Assembly (NCBI GenBank): GCA_900322095.1
Contig: ONYS01000004.1
Location: 4,417-68,416, forward strand
Origin: an uncultured Prevotella sp.
Lineage (GTDB): Bacteria; Bacteroidota; Bacteroidia; Bacteroidales; Bacteroidaceae
Direction: 5' to 3'
Length of the DNA: 64,000 nt
The notes under the pieces were generated by a model. It worked only from the letters and a program-made list of their open reading frames with translations, made no database searches and was not told where the DNA came from. Below are positions 29,555 to 39,573 of the stretch, in pieces (the stretch's first letter is position 1; the number at the start of each line of letters is the position of its first letter). A program made the position numbers and the translations under genes.

Positions 29555-29806
29555 GTCAATCAACGGTCGGAAGGAATAAGAACATAAGGCAGGCAGAATT
29601 GTGCTTGCAGCCCGTAAGTGCAGAGTTCTGTCGCTATGCTTTGCGACATAGAATTCACATTTTCGACATCCTTATTTATAGGTATTTATTCCGATAAAGA
29701 CTTGTGGAAACAGGCGAAATGAATAATTTTTGTTATCTTTGCAACGAAGTTGCGGAAAGTATCCGCTAACTTTGCGTTGTATTTATATAGACACAGATAT
29801 TAGGAA

Positions 29807-32173
29807 ATGACTTTAAAGGAACTGAAGATTGGTCAGACTGCCGAAATCCTCACCGTTGGAGGCGAGGGTGCCCTGCGGCAGCACTTCCTCGACATGGGCA
29901 TTATTCCCGGACAGGAAGTGAAACTGGTGAAATACGCACCAATGGGTGACCCAATGGAATTGCTTGTTCAGGACTACGAATTGACACTCCGCAAAGCTGA
30001 TGCTGAGAAAATTGAGGTCAGACCATGCGAGAAGCAAGAGGCTAAGCAACCTCATACCCACGATGAACATTATGCTTACGACCATGAAGGCAACGAACAC
30101 CCGGGCTACGGCGAGGCTACGCCTTTCAAACTCCGCCCCCATGAGCACGAGCGGATTGTCAACGAGAAGGTTTCGTTCGCTCTCGTCGGCAATCAGAACA
30201 GTGGTAAAACAACGCTTTTCAACCAACTGACGGGTTCCAACCAGCACGTGGGCAACTTCCCTGGAGTGACCGTCGACCGTAAGACGGGAACCATCAAAGG
30301 GCACCCCGAAGCCACAGTGACCGACCTTCCGGGCATTTACTCTCTCTCTCCTTATACCAACGAGGAAGTGGTGAGCCGCGAGTTCATTCTCAAGGCCCAT
30401 CCCACGGGAATCATCAACATTGTCGATGCCACCAACCTGGAGCGCAACCTCTACCTGACCATGCAGCTGATGGAGCTGGGCATACCGATGGTGCTGGCAC
30501 TCAACATGATGGATGAGGTGAAGAACAACGGCGGAACCATCCTAGTGAATATCCTTGAACAGCGTTTAGGCATTCCTGTGGTTCCCATTTCGGCCATGCG
30601 CAATGAGGGCGTGGCAGAGCTTATCGATCATGCCATCCACGTGGCCAAATACGACGAACCGCCTTTGCGGCAGGACTTCTGCAGTCCTGAAGACCACGGT
30701 GGCGCTGTCCATCGTGCCATTCACGCCATGGCCCACTTGATTGAGGACCATGCCAAGGCCGCGGGCATACCGCGCCAGTTCGCCGCCACCAAACTTCTGG
30801 AAGGCGACCGCCTTGTGGAAGAGGCACTAAAAATTGACGGCAACGAACAAGATATGGTGGGACACATCCGTGAGCAGATGCAGATAGAGCGTGGACTGGA
30901 CGCTTCGGCAGCCATTGCCGACATGCGCTACAGCTTCATCCGCAGAATCTGCTCCGACACAGTGGTGAAGCCCCAAGAGAGTAAGGAACACGTGCGTAGT
31001 CGGAAAATAGACCGAATACTGACGGGACGCTTCACAGCCATTCCCATGTTTCTCATCATCATGGTGCTGATCTTCTATCTCACCTTCGACATCCTCGGCG
31101 GGACTCTGCAAGACTGGATTGCCGACGGCGTAGAGTGGTTCACCGACGTGACTGACAAGGCACTGACCACCTGGGACATTTCGCCTGTCATACACTCGCT
31201 CATCATCAACGGCGTCTACTCTGGCGTGGGAACGGTCATCAGTTTCCTGCCCATCATCGTCATCCTCTTCTTCTTCCTCTCTATTCTGGAGGACAGCGGC
31301 TACATGGCACGCATCGCCTTCTTCATGGATAAGTCGATGCGCAAGCTTGGACTCTCAGGCCGCAGCATCGTGCCGTTGCTCATGGGCTTCGGATGCTCGG
31401 TGCCCAGCGTGATGGCCACGCGAACCCTTCCCTCCGAGCGCGACCGCAAGATGACGGTGATGCTCATCCCCTTCATGAGCTGTACGGCCAAGTTGCCTAT
31501 CTATGGTTTCTTCGTGGCAGCCTTCTTTCCACAGCATGGCGGACTGGTGATGACATGCCTCTACTTCTTTGCCGTACTGGTAGGTATCCTCGTGGCACTG
31601 ATCACGAAGAAGTTGGCCTTCAAGGGCGAGCCGGTGCCCTTCGTACTCGAGTTGCCCAACTATCGTATGCCGGGCGCCAAGAGCGTGCTCCGGCTCATTT
31701 GGGACAAGACTAAGGACTTCCTCCACCGCGCCTTCAGCATCATCTTCATTGCCACCATCGTGGTTTGGTTCCTTCAGTCGTTTGATTTCCGCCTCAACTT
31801 CATCAGCGACCAGCAGCACAGCATTCTTGCCGCTCTCTCCAGTGGTCTCGCTCCCATCTTTGCTCCCTTCGGCTGCGACGATTGGCGCATCGTGTCGTCA
31901 GTCATTTGCGGTTTCATGGCCAAGGAGAGCGTAGTGGCAACGCTGACGGTACTCTTTGGTTCATCGGCTGCAGTCCATACTGCATTGGTCACCACATCGG
32001 CTCTGGCACTGTTGGTGTTCTGTCTGCTCTATACGCCTTGTGTAGCCACAATCGCTACCGTGAAGCGCGAAGTGGGCAGCTGGTATGCCGTAGGACTCGT
32101 GGTATGGCAGACGGCCATCGCATGGCTGTGCGCATTCATTGTTTATGGGGTGGCAAACCTCTTCATCAGTTAG
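29807..32173 (+). CDS. feoB: Ferrous iron transporter FeoB with fused N-terminal FeoA
   Basis: FeoA domain (LDMGI...APMGDP), GNQNSGKT, NFPGVTV, DLPGIYSL, LEDSGYMAR, GFGCSVP and LYTPC. Confidence 0.96.
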   Translation: MTLKELKIGQTAEILTVGGEGALRQHFLDMGIIPGQEVKLVKYAPMGDPMELLVQDYELTLRKADAEKIEVRPCEKQEAKQPHTHDEHYAYDHEGNEHPGYGEATPFKLRPHEHERIVNEKVSFALVGNQNSGKTTLFNQLTGSNQHVGNFPGVTVDRKTGTIKGHPEATVTDLPGIYSLSPYTNEEVVSREFILKAHPTGIINIVDATNLERNLYLTMQLMELGIPMVLALNMMDEVKNNGGTILVNILEQRLGIPVVPISAMRNEGVAELIDHAIHVAKYDEPPLRQDFCSPEDHGGAVHRAIHAMAHLIEDHAKAAGIPRQFAATKLLEGDRLVEEALKIDGNEQDMVGHIREQMQIERGLDASAAIADMRYSFIRRICSDTVVKPQESKEHVRSRKIDRILTGRFTAIPMFLIIMVLIFYLTFDILGGTLQDWIADGVEWFTDVTDKALTTWDISPVIHSLIINGVYSGVGTVISFLPIIVILFFFLSILEDSGYMARIAFFMDKSMRKLGLSGRSIVPLLMGFGCSVPSVMATRTLPSERDRKMTVMLIPFMSCTAKLPIYGFFVAAFFPQHGGLVMTCLYFFAVLVGILVALITKKLAFKGEPVPFVLELPNYRMPGAKSVLRLIWDKTKDFLHRAFSIIFIATIVVWFLQSFDFRLNFISDQQHSILAALSSGLAPIFAPFGCDDWRIVSSVICGFMAKESVVATLTVLFGSSAAVHTALVTTSALALLVFCLLYTPCVATIATVKREVGSWYAVGLVVWQTAIAWLCAFIVYGVANLFIS

Positions 32174-32183
32174 TACAGAATAA

Positions 32184-32219
32184 AGTTGGAGACAAAGTGC
32201 ATTGACTTTGTCTCCAACT
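32184..32219. other. Strong hairpin between feoB and the Cys-rich gene
   Basis: AGTTGGAGACAAAGT...ACTTTGTCTCCAACT, a 15-bp perfect stem with no clear T-run. Confidence 0.7.
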
Positions 32220-32242
32220 CTCATATTAAATAAGTATTCAGC

Positions 32243-32410
32243 ATGAACATTCAGACGATTATTCTCACACTCATTATTTTGGCTGCTATAGGATGGGCCC
32301 TGTGGCGTATCTTCAACCAGCATCGCCATAAGCACGGCGGCTGTTCATGTTGTGACGTGGAAGACTGCTCGCTGCGGGATCTGCTGGCAAAAAGCAAGAA
32401 GAAAAAATAG
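32243..32410 (+). CDS. FeoB-associated Cys-rich membrane protein (55 aa)
   Basis: N-terminal TM followed by GGCSCCDVEDC, directly after feoB. Missing from the ORF track. Confidence 0.8.
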   Translation: MNIQTIILTLIILAAIGWALWRIFNQHRHKHGGCSCCDVEDCSLRDLLAKSKKKK

Positions 32411-32508
32411 TAACCCAGTCTGCAGCAACACTTGCCTCTCCAATAAGGGACGGTAATCTTCTACGCTTTCCCTCAGAAAAATCAAAAGATTATCCGCGAC
32501 AGGAATCC

Positions 32509-32814
32509 TCAGCAGCCTTTCCCATCCAGACTGCACGCGGCACCCTCGGCGTAATCGTCGGGCATGGGCTCCAGTCCCACTTCTGCCGAGGAGAGCGTGA
32601 TGCTGCCATCGGGGCGGACATAGCAAGGAATGCCCACATCGCCCACAGCCTTCGCCTCGTCAAATTCAGGACGATGGTCGCGCAGGGCCAAGAACTCGTG
32701 AAGGTTGCTGATGTGCTCGCTAATGTCGATAACCTTGAATTCGGGATTACCCACGACTTGCTTTTCCACATACTCGCAGTAGGGGCAAGTCTTCATTACA
32801 TACATTTTTATCAT
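32509..32814 (-). CDS. Glutaredoxin-like protein
   Basis: CPYC active site, GIPC cis-Pro loop and C-terminal ACSLDGKGC. Confidence 0.85.
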   Translation of the reverse strand: MIKMYVMKTCPYCEYVEKQVVGNPEFKVIDISEHISNLHEFLALRDHRPEFDEAKAVGDVGIPCYVRPDGSITLSSAEVGLEPMPDDYAEGAACSLDGKGC

Positions 32815-32896
32815 TGTCTTCTTTGTTTTATTGATTAATATTAATGGAAGGAAGCCGGAAGCCCACGACCTCCGGCCCATGGAGATGGTCAGACGA

Positions 32897-34597
32897 TTAG
32901 TCTGCCATCAGCTTGCGATAGCGTCCCTTCTTCATCTCTTCGCCCAATCCGAGTCGGCGGGCCTTGTTGATCTCGTAGTCGGAATAGTCTCCCTCGAAGT
33001 AGACCACCTCACCATTGCCCTCGAAGGCGAGGATATGGGTACAGATGCGGTCGAGGAACCATCGGTCGTGGCTGATCACCACAGCGCAGCCTGCGAAGTC
33101 GTCAAGACCTTCCTCCAAAGCACGCAGGGTGTTCACGTCGATATCGTTGGTAGGCTCATCGAGGAGCAGCACGTTGCCTTCCTGTTTCAGGGCCAACGCC
33201 AACTGCAAGCGGTTGCGCTCACCACCTGAGAGCACGCCGCAAAGCTTGTTCTGGTCGGTGCCTGAGAAGTTGAACCGCGAGAGGTAGGCCCTGGCGTTGA
33301 CATCGCGGCCGCCCATTCGGAAGACCTCGTTGCCCTGACTCACCACTTCGTAGACCGTCTTCTTGGGATCTATCTCCTTGTGCTGCTGGTCCACATAAGC
33401 CAACTTCACCGTCTCGCCCACCTCGAAAGTACCGCTGTCGGTTTTTTCCATTCCCATGATGAGCCGGAAGAGAGTGGTCTTGCCGGCTCCGTTAGGTCCA
33501 ATGACACCCACGATGCCGTTGGGCGGGAGCGTAAAGTTGAGGTCCTTGAAGAGCACCTTGTCGCCGAAAGCCTTGCTCACGTGCTGTGCCACGATGACCT
33601 TGTTGCCAAGTCGGGGACCGTTGGGAATAAAGATTTCCAGTTTCTCCTCTCGCTCCTTCTGCTCCTCATTGAGCATGGCGTCGTAGCTGTTCAGACGAGC
33701 CTTGCCCTTTGCCTGACGTGCCTTCGGCGCCATGCGTACCCATTCGAGCTCGCGTTCCAGCGTCTTCCGCCGTTTGGAAGCCGTCTTCTCCTCCTGGGCC
33801 ATGCGCTTTGTTTTCTGTTCGAGCCATGAGGAGTAGTTACCCTTCCAGGGGATGCCCTCACCACGGTCGAGTTCCAGAATCCACTCCGACACGTCGTCGA
33901 GGAAGTAGCGGTCGTGTGTCACGGCGATGACCGTGCCCTCATATTGCTGCAAGTGCTGCTCTAGCCAGTCAATGCTCTCAGCGTCGAGATGGTTGGTGGG
34001 CTCGTCAAGGAGCAACACGTCGGGCTTCAGCAAGAGCAGACGGCAGAGGGCCACGCGGCGGCGCTCGCCTCCAGACAGATGGGTCACGGGCAGGTCACCC
34101 TTAGGACAGCGCAGGGCAGCCATGGCACGATCGAGCTTGGCGTCGATGTTCCAGGCGTCGGTGGAATCGATGATGTCCTGCACCTCGGCCTGCCGCTGCA
34201 TGAGCTTGTCCATCTTGTCGGGGTCGCTGTAGTATTCTTCCTCGCCGAACTTTCTATTAATCTCATCGTATTCGTGAAGGGCGTCGTAGACCCGCTGCAC
34301 GCCTTCCTGTATGTTTTCCTTGACAGTCTTGTTCTCATCGAGTGGCGGATCCTGGGGCAGGAAGCCCACTGAGTAGCCGGGACTCCACACTACTTCGCCG
34401 CGAGTGGGCTGCTCTATTCCGGCAATGATTTTCATCAGCGTGGACTTGCCGGCGCCGTTGAGACCTATGATGCCGATCTTGGCACCGTAGAAGAAGGACA
34501 GATAGATGTCCTTGAGCACTTGTTTCTGGTTTTGTGGGATGATCTTGCTCACGCCCACCATGGAGAAGATGACTTTCTTGTCGTCGACTGTTGCCAT
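32897..34597 (-). CDS. ettA: Energy-dependent translational throttle protein (ABC-F)
   Basis: Two ABC domains (GLNGAGKS, LSGGERRR; GPNGAGKT, LSGGERNR), ELEWVR linker and LSFFYGAKIG. Confidence 0.95.
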   Translation of the reverse strand: MATVDDKKVIFSMVGVSKIIPQNQKQVLKDIYLSFFYGAKIGIIGLNGAGKSTLMKIIAGIEQPTRGEVVWSPGYSVGFLPQDPPLDENKTVKENIQEGVQRVYDALHEYDEINRKFGEEEYYSDPDKMDKLMQRQAEVQDIIDSTDAWNIDAKLDRAMAALRCPKGDLPVTHLSGGERRRVALCRLLLLKPDVLLLDEPTNHLDAESIDWLEQHLQQYEGTVIAVTHDRYFLDDVSEWILELDRGEGIPWKGNYSSWLEQKTKRMAQEEKTASKRRKTLERELEWVRMAPKARQAKGKARLNSYDAMLNEEQKEREEKLEIFIPNGPRLGNKVIVAQHVSKAFGDKVLFKDLNFTLPPNGIVGVIGPNGAGKTTLFRLIMGMEKTDSGTFEVGETVKLAYVDQQHKEIDPKKTVYEVVSQGNEVFRMGGRDVNARAYLSRFNFSGTDQNKLCGVLSGGERNRLQLALALKQEGNVLLLDEPTNDIDVNTLRALEEGLDDFAGCAVVISHDRWFLDRICTHILAFEGNGEVVYFEGDYSDYEINKARRLGLGEEMKKGRYRKLMAD

Positions 34598-34918
34598 AAT
34601 TATTTTGATTTATAGTTATTATTCATTGTTAGCATTTGCGGACGATGCAGGACTGAGTTGCCCGGTTCTGCATCGCCCGACCGTTCCCCATCGACAGACA
34701 CTTCTGCTCTTTATTCATAACCTTTACAGTCAGAAACAGAAGTGACCGAGAGAGATATTGGCTTTATTCGTTGGCAAATATACGAAAAAAAATCCATGAA
34801 ACGAGGGATTTTCTGCAGCATCTTACCGCCTAATCCCAAGAGAAGCAACAATTATGCTGGGCAAATTAGCCCAGGAGGAGGTTGAATCAATATTGCGAGG
34901 GTTGCTTGCCGACGATTC

Positions 34919-34975
34919 GACGAATGTCACGTTTGTTCGTGACGGTCATCACGTTCGTTCGGTGACGAACGTCAC
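34919..34975. repeat. Three quasi-palindromic units at 22-23-bp period
   Basis: GACGAATGTCAC, GTGACGGTCATCAC, GTGACGAACGTCAC. A single related copy GTGACGACCGTCAC lies at 7996-8009. Confidence 0.65.
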
Positions 34976-35255
34976 GATACATGGATTAACCATAACAGTT
35001 TGCCAATTTTTTCTAATCCAGATGGAATTTCCGGAGCAAACAATATGATATAAGAACAATAACCAAACGGATGAAACCAAGGTATTGACCAAGATTATAA
35101 GTGAATGTCAACCGACAAAATCAGGAGATTTATCTCTTAGAAGGCTGTATTGAGGCCTGATTTATGTCCTATTTATCACTATTTGTTGTAAAAATCAACA
35201 AAAAACGTAATAAAATTGTAGCATAATCTAAATATTTTGCTATCTTTGCCACTGT

Positions 35256-35275
35256 GTTTGACAACTATGTCAAAC
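35256..35275. promoter_or_regulatory. Candidate TetR operator
   Basis: Perfect inverted repeat GTTTGACA-ACTA-TGTCAAAC just downstream of the -7 box TATCTTTG (35241-35248). Confidence 0.65.
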
Positions 35276-35298
35276 GTGTTTGTTGAAAGATTTGGGTT

Positions 35299-38200
35299 AT
35301 GAAGAGAATCAACATAGGAATTGATGTAGGCTCCACCACAGCAAAAGTGGTGGCCATTGACTCGGAAACTGGCGAATTGATTTTCGACATCTATCAGCGT
35401 CACCAAGCCAAGGTGAAAGAGTGCCTCTCGGACATTTTTGCCCAATTGCGCCGCAAAGTTGGTGACGCACCGGTCTCTGTGTGTATAACAGGTTCGGTAG
35501 GCATGGGCTTTGCCGAGCGCTACGGCCTGCCTTTCGTACAGGAAGTGGTAGCCGCTACCGAATATCTGAAGAAGTACTATCCGCAGACACGCACGCTCAT
35601 CGACATCGGTGGTGAGGACGCCAAAATGATATTCCTCAAAGACGGCCGCCCCACCGATCTCAGGATGAATGGCAACTGCGCTGGCGGCACGGGCGCGTTT
35701 ATCGACCAGATGGCTGTCTTGCTGGACACGACGCCCGAGGAGATGGGCCACATGGCTGAGAAATCTACCCAGCTCTACCCTATCGCCTCACGTTGCGGCG
35801 TGTTCTGCAAGACCGATATTCAAAACCTCATGGCACGCAATGCCGACAAGAACGACATTGCCCACAGCATTTTCCACGCCGTATCGGTGCAGACGGTGGT
35901 CACGCTGGCCCACGGCCACGACATCCAGGCTCCAGTCTTGATGTGCGGCGGACCGCTCACCTTCATACCTTCCCTGCGCAAGGCCTTTGCCGACTACTTG
36001 CAGTTGAAGCCCGAGGACTTCATAGTGCCGGAGAAGAGCCATCTTATTCCGGCCTGGGGAACTGCCCTCACGCGCAACAGGGCTGAGTTCACGCTGAGCG
36101 AACTGGAACAACTGTTGCAGACGCCGCCCAAGAAACTTCTCAACACAGAGGACGCCCAACTGCAACCGCTCTTCGCTTCAGAGGAGGAGTACTCGGAATG
36201 GCGCAGCCGTAAGCACAGTCATGCCATGCCGACAGCCACCCTGCAGAGCGGCAAGCAACAGGCGGTCATTGGCATCGATAGCGGTTCGACGACGACGAAG
36301 ATCGTAGTCCTCGACATGGAAGGACGCATGATATTCCATTACTATCACGACAACGAAGGCAATCCCGTTGGTGCCGTCGCCGACGGTCTGCGCCAATTAG
36401 AGGCTGAATGCGACAAAGCCGGATGCCAACTCGAGGTCGTGGGCTCCTGCTCTACGGGTTATGGCGAGGATCTCATCAAGGCTGCCTTCCTGTTGCGCAA
36501 GGGCATCATTGAGACCATGGCCCACTATATGGCAGCCAGCCACATCGCCAAGGACGTCAGCTTCATCCTCGACATCGGCGGACAGGACATGAAAGCCATC
36601 TTCTGCGATGGCGGTGTCATCAACCGCATCGAGGTCAACGAGGCTTGCTCGTCGGGCTGTGGTTCGTTTATCAGCACCTTCGCCCGCTCACTGAACACCT
36701 CGGTCAGCGACTTTGCCCGTGCCGCCTGCCATGCCGATCACCCCAGCGACCTGGGTACGCGCTGCACGGTCTTCATGAATTCGAAGGTGAAACAGGTGCT
36801 TCGTGAGGGAGCATCGATGGAAGACATCGCCGCAGGACTGAGCTACTCGGTGGTGAAGAACTGTATATATAAGGTATTGCGACTGAAGAGTATCAGCGAA
36901 CTGGGCAACAAGATCGTGGTTCAGGGCGGTACGATGCGCAACGATTCCATCGTCCGCGCACTGGAGCTGCTCACGGGAGCCACCGTCTATCGCAGCGACT
37001 GCCCTGAGCTGATGGGCGCCATCGGCTGCGCTCTCTACGCTCTGAGCCTCGGTGCCAGTGAGCCGGTCAGCCTCAGCCAGATGCTCGACAATGCCCACTA
37101 CGAGTCGCGCCAGCTCCACTGCCACGGATGCGTGAACCAGTGCACAGTGACCCGTTATCGTTTTGCCAACAAGAATGTCTACTTCTCCGGCAACCGCTGC
37201 GAGAAGGTATTCAACAATAAAGGTACGGCCGCCCAGCCCGGCCTGAACGTCTACGAGCGCAAGAACGAGCTTCTCTTCAAGCGTGCCGATACGGAGAAGA
37301 AGGATCCCAACAAGCTGACCATCGGCATTCCGCGCTGTCTCAACATGTTTGAGGACTTCCCCTTCTGGCACACGCTGTTCACAGAATGCGGACTGCAGGT
37401 GGTGCTCTCTGAAGTTTCCAACTTCACCCACTACGAGCATTGTGCCGGCAAGGTGATGTCGGATAACATCTGCTTCCCGGCCAAACTCGTCCACAGCCAC
37501 ATCGACGACCTCATCCGCAAGGGTGTCGACCGCATCTTCATGCCCTTCACAGTGTTTGAGCATCACGATGGAAGCGGACAGAACTGCTACGACTGCCCCA
37601 TCGTGACGGGTTACTCGCAGGTTGTTCGCAGCGTGCAGTCGGGCAAGGTGCCCATCGACTCGCCCTCCATCTCCATGAAGGAAGACTCTGACCTGCTCAC
37701 TCAGTGCAAGGAATACCTGTCCACACTGGGCGTTCAGCCGAAGGTAGTGGCTGAGGCTTTCAACAAGGCCCGTGAGGCACAGAAGCAGTTCGACCACGAC
37801 ATCCGTCAGGCCAATGAGGAGATACTTGCCGAGGCACGCGCCAACCACAAGACCATCATCCTGCTCGCCGGACGTCCCTATCATGCCGACCCACTCATCC
37901 AGCACAAGGTGTCGGAGATGATAGCTGCCTTGGGCGCCTACGTCATCAGCGACGACATCGTCAGAGGCAGCAACATCTCGCTGGCCGGCGTCAACGTGCT
38001 CTCGCAGTGGGCTTTCCCCGACCGCATACTGAAGTCAGTGCTATGGGCCTGCACACAGGACGACGACGTACAACTGATGCAGCTGACATCGTTCGGTTGC
38101 GGTCCCGATGCTTTCCTCATCGACGAGGTACGCTCGCTGCTGAAGAAGGCAGGCAAGAACCTGACGCTGCTGAAGATCGACGACGTGAACAACATCGGAT

Positions 38201-39573
38201 CGCTGAAGCTCCGCGTCCGCTCGCTGCTTGAGAGTTTGCACCTCAGCAGTCATCACGGGATCAGGAACATTTCGGCCGATGCCACTCTGCCGCCCTTCAC
38301 CCGCGAGGAGCGTCACCGCAAGATCATCATGCCGTTCTTCACGCCGTTTATTTCTCCTCTCATCCCACCGCTGATGAAACTCGCCGGCTACGACGCAGAA
38401 TCACTGCCCATGGCCGATGCTGAGTCGGTCAACTGGGGACTGCGGTCGAGCAACAACGAGATCTGCTATCCCGCAACCCTCATCGTGGGCGACATCGTCA
38501 AGGCTTTCCGCGACGGACGCTACGACCCCAACGAGACTTCGGTCATCATGACTCAGACGGGCGGTCAGTGCCGTGCGAGCAACTATATACCACTTATCCG
38601 CAAGGCATTGATTGAGAACGGATACACCAACACGCCCGTGATCTCTGTTGCCACGGGATCGGGTATCAACAACAATCAGCCGGGATTCAAGATCAACTGG
38701 TTCAAGATGATTGGTCCGGCCATCAACGGTGTACTCTTCTCCGACGCCATGGCGAAGATGTATCACGCAGCCGTAGTGCGCGAGCGCACGAAAGGTGAGG
38801 CAGCCGTGGTCTGCAACAAGTGGATGGAAGAGGCCATACGCGTCATCCTCAGTGGCAAGACCGACAAGCTGATAGACGTGGCCTCGCGTGCCGCAGCCGA
38901 CTTCGAAGCCATTTGCGAGGACCGCCAGTTGCCACGCGTGGGAATCGTGGGCGAAATCTTTCTCAAGTTCCATCCCTTCGCCCAGAAGCATGTGGTGGAA
39001 TGGTTGGAGAGTCACGGCATCGAGGTGGCCTATCCTATGCTGTCAGACTTCTTCCTGCAGGGATTCGTCAACATGAAGGACAATCATGCCAAGCACATCG
39101 AGAAGAAAGCCATGCCCGACTTCCTCTCTCATCTGGCCAACCAACTTATCAACCGGCGCGAGCGCAAGCTCGACAAGGCATGCAGCGCCTTCAGATACTA
39201 TCAGCCGTTTGAGAGCATCTTCGAGAAGGGAGAACTGGCCCAGCAGGCCATCAACCTCAGTGCTCAATTCGGTGAAGGTTGGCTCATCGCCGGCGAGACG
39301 GCATCACTGGCGCGCAAGGGCGTGAGCCACGTGATCAGCCTGCAGCCCTTCGGTTGCATAGCCAACCACATCGTCTCGAAAGGCATTGAGAACCGGCTGC
39401 GCCAGCTCTATCCTCATCTCAACATTCTCTCTCTTGACTTCGACAGCAGCGTCAGCGAAGTGAACATCGCCAACCGACTGTTGCTATTCATCAACGACAT
39501 GTTTGACAATGAAAATGGAAGAAAAGAATATCGAACAGCAGATCATCCAAGTAGCCAGGCAAGTCTTCATTGA
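35299..39573 (+). CDS. 2-hydroxyacyl-CoA dehydratase activase-related multidomain protein (2x BadF/BcrAD ATPase + DUF2229-type)
   Basis: GIDVGSTTAK, DIGGEDAK, CAGGTG; a second GIDSGSTTTK/DIGGQDMK/CSSGCG; then ICFPAK, SFGCGPD, ICYPA and QPFGCIANH. Confidence 0.9.
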   Translation: MKRINIGIDVGSTTAKVVAIDSETGELIFDIYQRHQAKVKECLSDIFAQLRRKVGDAPVSVCITGSVGMGFAERYGLPFVQEVVAATEYLKKYYPQTRTLIDIGGEDAKMIFLKDGRPTDLRMNGNCAGGTGAFIDQMAVLLDTTPEEMGHMAEKSTQLYPIASRCGVFCKTDIQNLMARNADKNDIAHSIFHAVSVQTVVTLAHGHDIQAPVLMCGGPLTFIPSLRKAFADYLQLKPEDFIVPEKSHLIPAWGTALTRNRAEFTLSELEQLLQTPPKKLLNTEDAQLQPLFASEEEYSEWRSRKHSHAMPTATLQSGKQQAVIGIDSGSTTTKIVVLDMEGRMIFHYYHDNEGNPVGAVADGLRQLEAECDKAGCQLEVVGSCSTGYGEDLIKAAFLLRKGIIETMAHYMAASHIAKDVSFILDIGGQDMKAIFCDGGVINRIEVNEACSSGCGSFISTFARSLNTSVSDFARAACHADHPSDLGTRCTVFMNSKVKQVLREGASMEDIAAGLSYSVVKNCIYKVLRLKSISELGNKIVVQGGTMRNDSIVRALELLTGATVYRSDCPELMGAIGCALYALSLGASEPVSLSQMLDNAHYESRQLHCHGCVNQCTVTRYRFANKNVYFSGNRCEKVFNNKGTAAQPGLNVYERKNELLFKRADTEKKDPNKLTIGIPRCLNMFEDFPFWHTLFTECGLQVVLSEVSNFTHYEHCAGKVMSDNICFPAKLVHSHIDDLIRKGVDRIFMPFTVFEHHDGSGQNCYDCPIVTGYSQVVRSVQSGKVPIDSPSISMKEDSDLLTQCKEYLSTLGVQPKVVAEAFNKAREAQKQFDHDIRQANEEILAEARANHKTIILLAGRPYHADPLIQHKVSEMIAALGAYVISDDIVRGSNISLAGVNVLSQWAFPDRILKSVLWACTQDDDVQLMQLTSFGCGPDAFLIDEVRSLLKKAGKNLTLLKIDDVNNIGSLKLRVRSLLESLHLSSHHGIRNISADATLPPFTREERHRKIIMPFFTPFISPLIPPLMKLAGYDAESLPMADAESVNWGLRSSNNEICYPATLIVGDIVKAFRDGRYDPNETSVIMTQTGGQCRASNYIPLIRKALIENGYTNTPVISVATGSGINNNQPGFKINWFKMIGPAINGVLFSDAMAKMYHAAVVRERTKGEAAVVCNKWMEEAIRVILSGKTDKLIDVASRAAADFEAICEDRQLPRVGIVGEIFLKFHPFAQKHVVEWLESHGIEVAYPMLSDFFLQGFVNMKDNHAKHIEKKAMPDFLSHLANQLINRRERKLDKACSAFRYYQPFESIFEKGELAQQAINLSAQFGEGWLIAGETASLARKGVSHVISLQPFGCIANHIVSKGIENRLRQLYPHLNILSLDFDSSVSEVNIANRLLLFINDMFDNENGRKEYRTADHPSSQASLH

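Noticed and set aside
29807-30200. FeoA-FeoB fusion
   Set aside because: Known architecture in Bacteroidales.
39515-39573. 59-nt overlap of the activase and tetR as programmed recoding
   Set aside because: More simply explained by a shifted stop codon. No slippery site was seen.
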